A DNA stretch of 32,000 bases from Psychrobacter sp. DM4 (GTDB taxonomy: Bacteria > Pseudomonadota > Gammaproteobacteria > Pseudomonadales > Moraxellaceae), in contig NZ_CP195537.1 in NCBI RefSeq assembly GCF_051307035.1, forward strand, positions 11,126-43,125, read 5' to 3'. The translations under genes and the position numbers were made by a program. Positions 1-7,351 of the stretch are shown one piece after another; the stretch's first letter is position 1; the number at the start of each line of letters is the position of its first letter. The notes under the pieces are model-generated. The model ran no database searches, was not told where the DNA came from, and saw only the letters and a list, made by a program, of their open reading frames with translations.

Positions 1-682
1 GCGCTTGCAGACGATCTCTCTTTACATATCTACCTGCTTGTTCTCTAAAGTTAGCAGATGAAGGTGACGTTAAATACTCAGTAATTAGCAAACCTTGGTT
101 TTCAACAATTTCACGAGCCAAATCTATGTTTTGAGCTGGTAAGATATTATTTAACGGGCTGGGTAAGATAGCAACAGTTCGAGCGTTTAATGCTAGTGCC
201 TTTCTATGCGAGATGCTATCACAGCCATCTGCTAAGCCACTGACAATTGTGGCATCTTGTTTTTTGATGAACTGTTCAACTACCAGGTTTTCATCAACCT
301 CGGTTTCTTTATCTGGATTGAGCACACCAATAACAGCAACATTATAATTATCAGGAGATAGTAAATCCAAATCTCCTTTGTAGAACAAGAAGCTTGGGAT
401 ATCACCTTTTTTCTTTAGTTCTCGACGAAGAGTTGGGTAGTTATCATCGCCTATTGCTACCACACCATCACAACTATCGCCTAAGTTTTCAATCAAACGT
501 TCAAGCCTAGCCTTCATTTCTAAAAAAGCTTGCTCTGTTACGCTGGCATCCTTTGCCGCAATGAGCTCTACAATAGCTTCATAAGGGATCTTAGTTGTTA
601 GATTATTATTTAACCATGCCTCCCCTATACCTTTGAAGGTGCGAGCTGTTAAAACATTTAAAGCATGATCTGTTATTTTCAT
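1..682 (-). CDS. DprA/Smf-like (SLOG/Rossmann) protein, C-terminus cut by the window edge
   Basis: My own minus-strand translation from the ATG at 682-680 gives MKITDHALNVLTARTFKGIGEAWL...NVAVIGVLNPDKE...TIVSGLADGCDSISHRKALALNARTVAILPSPLNNILPAQN...GLLITEY...FREQAGRYVKRDRLQA. This matches DprA hallmarks (SGlAxGxDxxxHrxAL, tvAvL..l..i.P, F..RNR-like tail). It is absent from the ORF track because the frame stays open to position 1. Confidence 0.6.
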   Translation of the reverse strand, partial: MKITDHALNVLTARTFKGIGEAWLNNNLTTKIPYEAIVELIAAKDASVTEQAFLEMKARLERLIENLGDSCDGVVAIGDDNYPTLRRELKKKGDIPSFLFYKGDLDLLSPDNYNVAVIGVLNPDKETEVDENLVVEQFIKKQDATIVSGLADGCDSISHRKALALNARTVAILPSPLNNILPAQNIDLAREIVENQGLLITEYLTSPSSANFREQAGRYVKRDRLQA

Positions 683-720
683 TGAAAGCCTACTTGTAAA
701 AATATATTTATTTCAATAAT

Positions 721-1398
721 TTAGTTACGATTTGCAGCAAAAACTATTTCGTCTGGGAGGTCATCTGGAAACGTATAGTGTGGTACACGAGCAATGCTAA
801 AAAAAGTAACGTCCTTCGCACCACAATCTAATAGACATTGAATAGCATCTTCGTCTATATTGACATTTTTTGTATAAATATCATCAATTAATAGTACGTG
901 TTTTCCTCTTACTTTTTCCGAAATATCACAAGTATCTCTAGTAATACCGATATAAGGCATACTGCCACCTCCACCACCTATTGAACTACGAGATAAGTGA
1001 GTGGTACAGGTATCAGTATGACGAACTATAAAGTCGCTACCATCCACTAATTTATTCTTCGAATGTATGACCAACGGAATTATTTCTCTAATAGCTTCAG
1101 CAAACTTTAACTGTGTGCCATTGTAGGTATTGAGGTTTTTTGACCTAGGTACGACACATATAGTGACTTCATCATCTTCTATATTAGATAGTATGCTTGA
1201 AAGTTCATTTGCAAGATTGAACTTAACTGAGTTTTTAGCAGCTAATAATTTAGATGGGTACTCATTACCAAACGTGTTTTTTAAAATATTAAGATAGTTA
1301 GGGTTACTAGGTTTATTAAGCCCATAATATGCACAGCGATAGAATGATTTTATATCTTTGTTCAAATACTCGTTTTTTACGATGGTGTATTGATTCAC
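721..1398 (-). CDS. ComF-like phosphoribosyltransferase-fold protein with a degenerate PRPP loop
   Basis: 225-aa ORF with a GTG start and GAGGA 7 nt upstream. It has the ComF-like strand VTICVVPRSK and the PRTase acidic strand HVLLIDDIYT. The usual TTGxT loop reads TKNVN. Ends with ..VTFFSIAR. Confidence 0.6.
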   Translation of the reverse strand: MNQYTIVKNEYLNKDIKSFYRCAYYGLNKPSNPNYLNILKNTFGNEYPSKLLAAKNSVKFNLANELSSILSNIEDDEVTICVVPRSKNLNTYNGTQLKFAEAIREIIPLVIHSKNKLVDGSDFIVRHTDTCTTHLSRSSIGGGGGSMPYIGITRDTCDISEKVRGKHVLLIDDIYTKNVNIDEDAIQCLLDCGAKDVTFFSIARVPHYTFPDDLPDEIVFAANRN

Positions 1399-1412
1399 GT
1401 CTTAATCCTCGC

Positions 1413-1961
1413 TTATAAGCTGATCTTGGTTATGTTTTTATTTGGTATTCCAGCTATATTGGCGTGGAGTACTTCATTCTCATCATCCTCAAAAACGAGA
1501 ACCTTTGTAGAGCAAATATTGATTTCATTAAGTGCATATTGATACTTATTGTGTATATCCTTGCAAAAAAAGATTTTATCGAACAATTTAGCGCAGTTGT
1601 GATGATCAAGAAGCTGAATAACCCTTTCAGGAGAAGCTTTAGTTACTAAACATACCTTAGTAGTGTTCTTATTACTAATTAAGAAATTAATTAGCTCTTT
1701 ATTAAGGTAGGTATGATCTAAAAACTGTGAGTTATACCCAATCTTTTCTTTTTGGATTTTTTCGGCTAATACCTCATCAGTGCAGTACTTATCAACCACT
1801 TCTTTAGTGATTCTTTTTACTACAGGAATTTTTATGTATGGCATGTAGGAATCAATTGCTTTTTTATAAGCTGAATTATTAGCTTGGTCAGTATGAATCA
1901 AGGTGCCATCCAAATCGGTTAATATTGCTTGAATATTGTTCAATATATCGTGCCTCATCAA
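1413..1961 (-). CDS. HAD-superfamily phosphatase-like hydrolase
   Basis: 182 aa. Motif I is AILTDLDGTL (DxDGT), motif II is VCLVTKAS, and the acidic motif IV is VFEDDENE. The start is probably the ATG at 1958, because the first codon is TTG. Confidence 0.7.
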   Translation of the reverse strand: MMRHDILNNIQAILTDLDGTLIHTDQANNSAYKKAIDSYMPYIKIPVVKRITKEVVDKYCTDEVLAEKIQKEKIGYNSQFLDHTYLNKELINFLISNKNTTKVCLVTKASPERVIQLLDHHNCAKLFDKIFFCKDIHNKYQYALNEINICSTKVLVFEDDENEVLHANIAGIPNKNITKISL

Positions 1962-2016
1962 TAAGTACAGGCTAGCTTAGTGTATGGTCTATATCTATTC
2001 TACGAACTGTACCTAC

Positions 2017-2394
2017 CTACTTTGGAATATCCTGTCTTTTAAGTAATATTGCATCAAAATCAATGTAATTACTAACCTTTAAAATATTTTCACTCTCTAG
2101 AACTTCAATACAACTACCTGAAACCATATTTTTTAGTTCGCTATCGTGCTTATCATACTGTTCATCCAATACATGCTTAATGAGGTCTATATTTCTGGAA
2201 TCTTCAAGCAGGTAGTTTGCTAAATACGAAGATAAGCTACTAGTGAACATATTTATGACTGACTCTTGAGTGACAGTGCTAACGGTTTCTACCATGGACG
2301 TTATTTCAGCCGGTGTTCTTACTGAGATAGTTGAGTAGTGCTCGTCGTTAGTGGCTTTTTGTGCCTCATGGAATTTTTCAAATAGTGAAGTCAT
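2017..2394 (-). CDS. hypothetical acidic protein (125 aa)
   Basis: Clean ORF with AGGAAA about 10 nt upstream, co-directional with its neighbours. I recognise no motif. Confidence 0.4.
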   Translation of the reverse strand: MTSLFEKFHEAQKATNDEHYSTISVRTPAEITSMVETVSTVTQESVINMFTSSLSSYLANYLLEDSRNIDLIKHVLDEQYDKHDSELKNMVSGSCIEVLESENILKVSNYIDFDAILLKRQDIPK

Positions 2395-2449
2395 TAGTGT
2401 TTCCTAGTTATTTATAAAATATTTACTTATTACCGACTTTAAAATTAGG

Positions 2450-2911
2450 TTATCCTTGTTGTATCTTCGCCTTACTTCTATCAAGTAATTCTTTCAGGTT
2501 CTTCAAAGACTGTTCTGCTTGGCCTGATTTTAACCCCTCATTCAAGACATGCATTTGGTTTTCCAACAAACTCTCTGGATGGACAATGCTACGACTGATA
2601 TTCCATAATTCCCACGAGAAATTTCTATTAGATTTAGTACTATTCTTACTTAGAAATTCAGCATATTCAGTTATGAGTAGTGCCTCCTCACTTGAGCACT
2701 GTCGCAAAAAATCTTTCAACGTTTCTTCAATAAAATCATTGATGATCTGTGAGCGAGACACGCCATTGCGTTTAGCAATCGCATCAATAATTAACAAATC
2801 AAGATTGTTAAACCTCATATTAAACTTTCTAAATTCCGGCTTATCAAAAGCTGTGGTTGACTCTTCCAACTTATCAAAAGCCTCTTCATGAAATTCGATT
2901 TTTAAACTCAT
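2450..2911 (-). CDS. ribbon-helix-helix (CopG/Arc-like) DNA-binding protein with a roughly 80-aa C-terminal extension
   Basis: FNMRFNNLDLLIIDAIAKRNGVSRSQIINDFIEETL fits the strand-helix-helix pattern of RHH proteins. Confidence 0.5.
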   Translation of the reverse strand: MSLKIEFHEEAFDKLEESTTAFDKPEFRKFNMRFNNLDLLIIDAIAKRNGVSRSQIINDFIEETLKDFLRQCSSEEALLITEYAEFLSKNSTKSNRNFSWELWNISRSIVHPESLLENQMHVLNEGLKSGQAEQSLKNLKELLDRSKAKIQQG

Positions 2912-2999
2912 AGATCTTGCCTTTATATTGATAACAAATAATTATGGGTATTTGAAACTACTACTGTTTTGTATATATTTTATACGGATACATTGGTTG

Positions 3000-3185
3000 C
3001 TAACCTTTTTCGAGTCGCTTCATAAGGTCGAGCAGACTGTTATATAAGCCTTCTACTTCAGCTTTCTTTAAAACGACCTTGTCTGAATTTTTTATATCCG
3101 TTCCACAGCTTAATGCTAGAGCAACCACTGGACTAGAAATATTGCGTTGTTTTTGTCGAACTTGGCAATGTTTAGTAGCTTTCAT
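3000..3185 (-). CDS. small hypothetical protein (61 aa), possibly DUF4258-like
   Basis: Strong AAGGAG about 8 nt upstream. The N-terminus TKHCQVRQKQRNIS resembles the H..R..qRgIs motif of DUF4258-type small toxins. This is a weak call from memory. Confidence 0.3.
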   Translation of the reverse strand: MKATKHCQVRQKQRNISSPVVALALSCGTDIKNSDKVVLKKAEVEGLYNSLLDLMKRLEKG

Positions 3186-3239
3186 AATAATACTCCTTGG
3201 TAGTTTTAATATTTATTCAAATTATTACTTTTATAATAG

Positions 3240-3515
3240 TTAATAACATACTTTTAACTTACTCATGCCAGGCTTTCTATTCATAGAGTTGTTATGATAG
3301 GTTGTGATAATATTATCTTCTGCAACTATCAAAGTAATTCCACCGGTTCTTCTTAAAAATTCAATATCTTTAAGAAGCTTTTTTAGCTTCTTTATTGCCG
3401 CCTTGCTTTCCTTTGGTGTCATTCCTTGTATATCCTGCCCTAAACCACTTGCCTTAAGGATTTTATCAGTATATTTCAACGTATTACTATTCATAATAGG
3501 ACCTATAAATTTCAA
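3240..3515 (-). CDS. small hypothetical protein (84-91 aa)
   Basis: The ORF begins with TTG at 3515, and there is an internal ATG at 3494. The C-terminal LKKLLKDIEFLRRTGGITLIVAEDNIITTYH resembles the tail expected for the family of the neighbouring 61-aa ORF. Confidence 0.3.
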   Translation of the reverse strand: MKFIGPIMNSNTLKYTDKILKASGLGQDIQGMTPKESKAAIKKLKKLLKDIEFLRRTGGITLIVAEDNIITTYHNNSMNRKPGMSKLKVCY

Positions 3516-3686
3516 GAAGATAGTTTCTATTGATTGAACAACCTATGGATTACAGTATGATACATACTAATATAATAGTCAATATATGAATAAATATAAA
3601 TTCAAATAATAAATAAATTTTTAAGAGAACTAGATATCCAACTCTCTGAACCTATCAATAGACTATACCCAAAACATAAAACCTTT

Positions 3687-3758
3687 AAATGATAATCTAT
3701 CTATCATTAGACTTTTTTATATTATTAAATGATAGTAATATCTTGTTATTATCAATGA
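3687..3758. promoter_or_regulatory. candidate res/operator dyads upstream of the serine recombinase
   Basis: AAATGATAatctatcTATCATT (3687-3708) and AAATGATAgtaatatcttgttatTATCAATGA (3727-3758) share TGATA/TATCA half sites. Confidence 0.3.
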
Positions 3759-3794
3759 GCACTAATTATTAAGTCTAAATAATAGAGGTGGGTT

Positions 3795-4388
3795 ATGACT
3801 GTTCGTATTTATGTGAGAGCCAGCACTAAGGATCAAGACGCTACCAGAGCATTGGCTGATTTGGTGGCTTTCAGTACAAGTTATGATGATAACCATGTTG
3901 AGTACGTCGAGCATTTCAGTGGTACAAAGCTCGATAGACCATTATTAGCCAAGCTGCTAAAGGACGCTGAGCAAGGCGATATTCTACTGGTTGAAAGCGT
4001 GGATAGATTAAGCCGATTATCTCAAGATGATTTTGCAATTCTAAAGCAGCGTATCAAAGACAAAGGCTTGCGATTGGTGGTGGCTGATCTACCAACGACG
4101 CATACAGTTAATAATGGCATGACAGGTGAGATCCTAACAGTGATTAACCATATGCTGATCGACTTATTAGCAACGATGGCAAAGCTTGATAACGACAAGC
4201 GTAGAGAGCGTATCAAGCAGGGATTGGCTAACAGTGGCTATAAGCCCTCCGGTAAGAAGCCTAATACAACGAAACACAATCGTATTAGAGAATTAGACAG
4301 TCAAGGCAATATGACAAAAGAGGAAATCGCTAAGGCAGTTGGTGTTGGCGTAGCTACTGTTTACCGGGTGTTAAAGCCAGGCTCATAG
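3795..4388 (+). CDS. serine recombinase (resolvase/invertase family)
   Basis: N-terminal RIYVRASTKDQ carries the catalytic Ser, followed by LLVESVDRLSR. The C-terminal HTH is MTKEEIAKAVGVGVATVYRVLK. Confidence 0.85.
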   Translation: MTVRIYVRASTKDQDATRALADLVAFSTSYDDNHVEYVEHFSGTKLDRPLLAKLLKDAEQGDILLVESVDRLSRLSQDDFAILKQRIKDKGLRLVVADLPTTHTVNNGMTGEILTVINHMLIDLLATMAKLDNDKRRERIKQGLANSGYKPSGKKPNTTKHNRIRELDSQGNMTKEEIAKAVGVGVATVYRVLKPGS

Positions 4389-4550
4389 CTGAGGTATTTT
4401 ATTTTATTTTTGTTCATAAACAGCTGATATATAAGGCTTTACACGCGAGGCAAGAAGGCTTTATTTGCAGAAATAGGTACTCTATTACTACGTAGCTGTG
4501 TTAAGAACGGTGTATTTTCATCATTCAATTTCGTTCAATTATGCCCACTT

Positions 4551-4668
4551 AAAACGCCCTTCGATCTTTATCTAAAGACATCACAGCGTCATATAAAAAT
4601 CGATTTAATGCAATGAGGCTTCATTATAATCATTATATTGCATTCATAATCGCTTTTCTGCAAAATGG
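4551..4668. repeat. copy A of a roughly 120-bp dispersed repeat (fic upstream region)
   Basis: By-eye alignment to 22964-23084 shows about 90% identity (..catataaaaatcgatttaatgca..attatattgcattcataat.gcttttctgcaaaatgg). Contains TATAAT at cat-TATAAT-cat. Confidence 0.85.
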
Positions 4669-4694
4669 CTTATCTATAATCGCTTGAGCCACTC

Positions 4695-6278
4695 ATGATG
4701 AACACCCCTACCTCAGACCCTATTGGCGCAGCATGGCTTATCCGTCATGCAAGCATCGAGCTGGTTTCGCCTTTATATGTCAGCAGTAGTATCGGTGGGC
4801 GCAGACAAACCTATAAAGACGGTGACGTCATTCATAACGCTTATCAGGAAACCGCGCGTCCACTGGACACAATCATTGCGCACTTACAATTTCACATGCG
4901 TCATGAAGTACTGAGTTTAGAGTTACTGACTCGTCTGTTTGAGCAGATAGGGGCTGATGATGTACAAGCATGGGTAAACGCTGAGCCCACAGGCAGCTAT
5001 GCCCGTAGAATGGCTTTCTTGTATGAATGGCTCATGGGTCAGCAGTTAGCAGTACCGAGTAATTTAGGCGGTAACTATGTGGACGCTTTAGATGCTAAGA
5101 AGCAGGTTACTTCAAGCCCTGCGCATGTCATCAAGAATGCTCGTTGGCGTATCAATGACAATCTAGCAGGAACCCGTCATTTCTGTCCGATACTGGTGAA
5201 AACAGAGGCCTTTACGCAAGCAGCTGCACTCGATATTGCCACAATGGTTGACAAACTTAACGATGAATTTGGGCAAGACTTACTGATGCGCGCCTCCGTA
5301 TGGATGACCCTACGGGAAAGCAAAGCGAGCTTTACTATAGAAGGTGAGGGAAAAGAGTTAAAACGTATTGAACGTTTTGCCGATGTAATGGCACGGCGTA
5401 CCGGCAAGGGCGATATTCCGCTTGATCCTGAGTCGCTAGCAGAGTTGCAACAAGAGATACTTGGTAGCAAAACGGTCATCCAGCAGTATGGCGTCCGTCA
5501 ATCTCCAGTTTTTGTGTCGCATACTCAGGTCAATGGCTTTAAAGAGATTGTGCACTATATTGCGCCACCTGCTGATGACATTGCTGAAAAGCTCAAAGGG
5601 TTACAGGCATTTATGGAAAAGACCGAGGGACAATCGGCACTGATACGTAGTGCGGTTGCTTCCTTTGCTTTTGTGTATATTCATCCGCTAGCGGATGGCA
5701 ATGGCCGAGTACATCGCTTCCTAATTAACGATGTACTCAGACGCGACCAGATCATTCATGAGCCGATTATCTTACCTATATCGCAAGCCATCGCTGAGCA
5801 TCCCTCAGACCGTCATGCCTATGATAAAATTTTAGACCGTGTATCCGTGCCACTTATGGAGCAAATCCGTGATCATTACAGCTTTGATAAACAAGCGATT
5901 ACTTACCCTGATGGTATTCGCTCAAACTTAAATTTTGGAAATACTCACCTAATTCAACCTGCATGGCGCTTTATGGATCTAACGCCTCACGTTCAGTACT
6001 TATCAGGACTCATTGCTCATGTTATTGAAAAAGAGATGCATAACGAGTCACAGTACCTAAGAAAGCATGACCATGCACGACTGGCGATAAAAGAGATTGT
6101 TGAGATGCCCAACAGCTATGCCGATAGAATCATTCGCAGTATGCTGCAAAATAAGGGTGCTAAAAGTAATAAGTTACTTAAGGATTATCCATTTTTAACA
6201 AATGATGAGGTTTGGGACGATATTTTCTCTGTCGTTGTAGAGACCTTTAAAGATGAGACAGATGAATTGAATAGGTAG
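4695..6278 (+). CDS. Fic-domain protein (class II architecture, putative AMPylase)
   Basis: The Fic motif HPLADGNGRVHR lies at nt 5682-5717. The inhibitory-helix motif SFTIEG ([S/T]xxxE[G/N]) lies at nt 5328-5345, N-terminal to the core. Confidence 0.85.
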   Translation: MMNTPTSDPIGAAWLIRHASIELVSPLYVSSSIGGRRQTYKDGDVIHNAYQETARPLDTIIAHLQFHMRHEVLSLELLTRLFEQIGADDVQAWVNAEPTGSYARRMAFLYEWLMGQQLAVPSNLGGNYVDALDAKKQVTSSPAHVIKNARWRINDNLAGTRHFCPILVKTEAFTQAAALDIATMVDKLNDEFGQDLLMRASVWMTLRESKASFTIEGEGKELKRIERFADVMARRTGKGDIPLDPESLAELQQEILGSKTVIQQYGVRQSPVFVSHTQVNGFKEIVHYIAPPADDIAEKLKGLQAFMEKTEGQSALIRSAVASFAFVYIHPLADGNGRVHRFLINDVLRRDQIIHEPIILPISQAIAEHPSDRHAYDKILDRVSVPLMEQIRDHYSFDKQAITYPDGIRSNLNFGNTHLIQPAWRFMDLTPHVQYLSGLIAHVIEKEMHNESQYLRKHDHARLAIKEIVEMPNSYADRIIRSMLQNKGAKSNKLLKDYPFLTNDEVWDDIFSVVVETFKDETDELNR

Positions 6279-6500
6279 AACAGACCCTGCTATATGCAAG
6301 AAAATCTGCCTTGATAATCAAGCTTAAGCTAGTATCAGTATCATCGTTGCGATAATGATTCGTTTATAAAAGATTCGGCTAAAATACTGTAACTTGAAAC
6401 GTAATCAATATTTTTCTTACTTAAACAGAATATATTAGAGGAACTTTGATAACAGACCATTTTTATTTGACAAGGTTATTACAGATCCTCAAAATAATTT

Positions 6501-6692
6501 TGAGTATTTGAGTATTTGAGTATTTGAGTATTTGAGTATTTGAGTATTTGAGTATTTGAGTATTTGAGTATTTGAGTATTTGAGTATTTGAGTATTTGAG
6601 TATTTGAGTATTTGAGTATTTGAGTATTTGAGTATTTGAGTATTTGAGTATTTGAGTATTTGAGTATTTGAGTATTTGAGTATTTGAGTATT
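6501..6692. repeat. perfect tandem array, 24 x 8 bp (TGAGTATT; ACTCAAAT on the other strand)
   Basis: Counted directly: 192 bp with no visible variant units. Confidence 0.95.
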
Positions 6693-6699
6693 TATTTAG

Positions 6700-7290
6700 C
6701 TATACAGCTATCAAATGACGCGAGCACTTAGCTGTAGCTTGTATTTCAGAATAACTACGCCCAGATTTCAGAAGGCTAGCGATAATCTTACGCTTCTCGG
6801 TATCTTTCCTACGTCCTGAATATTTACTTTCTACCTTAGTACGAGAAATACCTTACATCTGACGGTTACGTCGATCTTCATAGTCCTTTCTAGCAATAGC
6901 AGCGAGCATATCAAGCATCATCGAATTAATGGACTGTAATACGCTGCTCATAAATTCAGTGCTGCTCTCAGATTGAGGCGTCATATAAGAGGTCGGTAGC
7001 TCTTCTGATACTACCGCCAGCTTCTTTTCTAATAGCATTCTTTTGAGAGTATCCCAATCAGCTTGGTTTAAACGTGCTAAGCGGTCAATCTGCTCAACCA
7101 AATTATATCGCCTTCATGGGCATCATTTATCAGTTACATTAACTGTGGACGTATTAAAGTTGCGTCTGACTCGTTTTCAACATAGAAGGCGGCAATTTTG
7201 TGACCATGATCAGCAGCAAGCTATATGAGCTCACTTTTGGCACGCTTGGCATCTTGATCTTTGATTGGCGCTCTATGCTCTGATAAACAT
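6700..7290 (-). pseudogene. decayed serine recombinase (resolvase) gene
   Basis: The minus-strand pieces are MFIRA / RAPIKDQDAKRAKSELI* / LAADHGHKIAAFYVENESDATLIRPQLM* / ..EQIDRLARLNQADW..ARKDYEDRRNRQM* / GISRTKVESKYSGRRKDTEKRKIIASLLKSGRSYSEIQATAKCSRHLIAV*. They lie in different frames with internal stops. The catalytic position reads RAP instead of RAS. Confidence 0.8.
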
Positions 7291-7302
7291 AAACACCTAA
7301 AA

Positions 7303-7351
7303 TAGTCTGTTATAAGTAGTTCCATTATTGCAGTCTATTATAAGTAGACTG
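7303..7351. promoter_or_regulatory. res-like repeats upstream of the resolvase pseudogene
   Basis: TAGTCTGTTATAAGTAG (7303-7319) and the palindrome CAGTCTAttataagTAGACTG (7331-7351). Confidence 0.35.

Noticed and set aside
4608-4685. 24-aa hydrophobic peptide ORF (MRLHYNHYIAFIIAFLQNGLSIIA) inside copy A of the fic-upstream repeat
   Set aside because: The ATG is not conserved in copy B (ATGAGG reads GTAAGG there) and there is no RBS. It is probably fortuitous.
1464-5643. Assorted short overlapping ORFs (1464-1649, 2586-2891, 3304-3537, 4022-4216, 4723-4914, 5177-5479, 5461-5643)
   Set aside because: Each overlaps a better-supported gene on the other strand or in another frame, and none has an RBS or a motif.
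6501-6692. The octamer arrays as CRISPR arrays
   Set aside because: The units are contiguous 8-mers with no spacers and no cas genes. They are simple tandem repeats.
7043-7228. 61-aa plus-strand ORF in the resolvase pseudogene region
   Set aside because: It lies antisense to recognisable resolvase fragments and has no motif or RBS.
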